Of a DNA stretch of 64,000 nt, positions 62,525 through 64,000 are shown in pieces. The position numbers and the translations under genes were made by a program. The notes below the pieces were generated by a model. That model was not told the origin of the DNA and searched no databases. It saw only the letters and a program-made list of their open reading frames with translations. This DNA is from Podarcis muralis (taxonomy: Eukaryota). The DNA lies in assembly GCF_964188315.1 (NCBI RefSeq), contig NC_135656.1, positions 44,454,001 through 44,518,000 of the forward strand, written 5' to 3'. The first letter of the stretch is position 1. Each line of letters begins with the position of its first letter.

Positions 62525-64000
62525 CCCTAACTGCTTATAGGATCCTAGAAAATCCAGCCCTCAGACTAGCTTTTTAGCTCAAACTTCACATTATGTTTTG
62601 AGGGGAGGGGGGTGGAGACGGGGGAAAGAGCCAATTGCCCCGGCTGCAAATCTGAAAGAACATTTCTATTCTGGAATGCCTCAAGCCCTAACCAGAGCCA
62701 GTCGTGTGAGAGGCTGAGACCCTCACTTACTTGCACCTAAATGTAAAATGACCTAGGTAGCCAAGCACAGGATTCTGAGGTAATTAAAATTCATAACCTC
62801 CGTCTCTCTTTTTGAACTGCTGATATTCAGGTATAACAGAACAAATACCAAAGCTGTAAAAGCAAGAAGCAGTCATGGGATTTCCTCCTTCCCTCCCCAT
62901 ACAGAAACACACACACACAAACACACACACACATTTTGTTGTTGTTGTAGCAGCCCCTGTTGCCGGGGCTTCACTTTAACAGACAGGAATGGAGGAATAC
63001 TGCGGTAGATTGCAAAAGCAAAAGCAAGTCACCGGCAGCAATCTATCCAGAGACATAGGGGGGCTTTTCAGCTCAGTAATAAGATGCAGGACCACTTGCC
63101 TCTAGGGTGCTGGTGCCAGCTCAGCCCTCATGAGATGGATTAGCAGGAATTCATTATCATTTGGTGGCTGGAGAGCTTGCAGCAGAAGCTGTAGCGATTA
63201 GATACTGACCCCAAGGAAACAAAACAAAACATACAAAGGCAACCATTTTAATTCTGGCAGTGATGTTACTGCCGCACTGGACAGATACGGAGAAAGATGG
63301 ACTTGCCGAGGGGTTCTTTCCTGAAGGGAAATGGAAGAGAAGCGATAGTTTCTTTCTCTGTCTCTATCTCTCTCTCCCTTTCTGCTGTCAGCAGATAATT
63401 AGAGCATTTTAGTATTCAGGGCTGTCTGTCCAGTTCCTTAATATTAATTTAAGGTGGAGGGGGAGAGAGAGAATAATAGAGGAGGATGAGAATACTGAGG
63501 CGCACATGGCAAGGAGTCTATTAAGCAAGTTGAAAATGAATCACATCATTCACTGCTTTTCCGCCCTGGGATAGAACTATCTTACAAAATGTAGATATTT
63601 TGTAGCATGTTGTTAACAGTAGGAGTTACTACACACAAGATCCACCCCCTCCCACTCCAAGGACAGAGAAAAGTCAGTTATTTATTTTGATATAGGTTCA
63701 TCATGTATTGGAAAGCCACAACTGACAGTGGATTCTCAGCACATGCATATATGCATGTGGTCCTTATAAATGGCAATGGTGCACTTGGTGGTTTTTAACC
63801 CCTATACCTGTGCACACCTGGGTAGGAAAAGCATCCTGCATGAAGCAGGCCTTAGGTTTCTGAAAAAATGGATTGGAATATGCCTGCTGTTTCAAAAAAC
63901 AAACAAACAAATCTGCTCTCTAGCTGTGGAATAGACTCATTTTCTGGTCTGGAGTTGTGAAAGTCCTGTGGTGTCATCTGTTTCTCTGAGACACTTGAGG

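Noticed and set aside
51000-64000. miR-146a hairpin expected downstream of PTTG1
   Set aside because: The mature sequence TGAGAACTGAATTCC was not found on either strand by eye.

Overview
Vertebrate nuclear DNA, almost certainly a squamate and most likely a lacertid lizard (Sauria SINEs, Bov-B, squamate L1/L2/CR1). Four spliced protein-coding genes were rebuilt from GT-AG junctions and reading frame: CCNJL (-, first three coding exons, continues off the left edge), C1QTNF2 (-, 285 aa), SLU7 (-, 15 coding exons, 582 aa) and PTTG1/securin (+, 5 coding exons, 191 aa). Order and orientation match what I recall for the human CCNJL-C1QTNF2-(ZBED8)-SLU7-PTTG1-(MIR146A host) block. The rest is intron and intergenic DNA dense in transposons. 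There is no prokaryote-style system and no CRISPR array, and most ORFs in the track are artefacts. Best leads: (1) a Penelope-like fragment carrying a minimal dimer-type hammerhead ribozyme, with a fold-back copy of the target site at its 5' junction; (2) two different Sauria SINEs in tandem with the same 14-bp target-site sequence present three times; (3) a solo LTR with a nested SINE; (4) a securin lacking the PPSP/Cdk1 site and carrying a second KEN; (5) a possible NF-kB-type promoter at the right edge where synteny predicts the miR-146a host transcript. Family names come from recall, not database searches.
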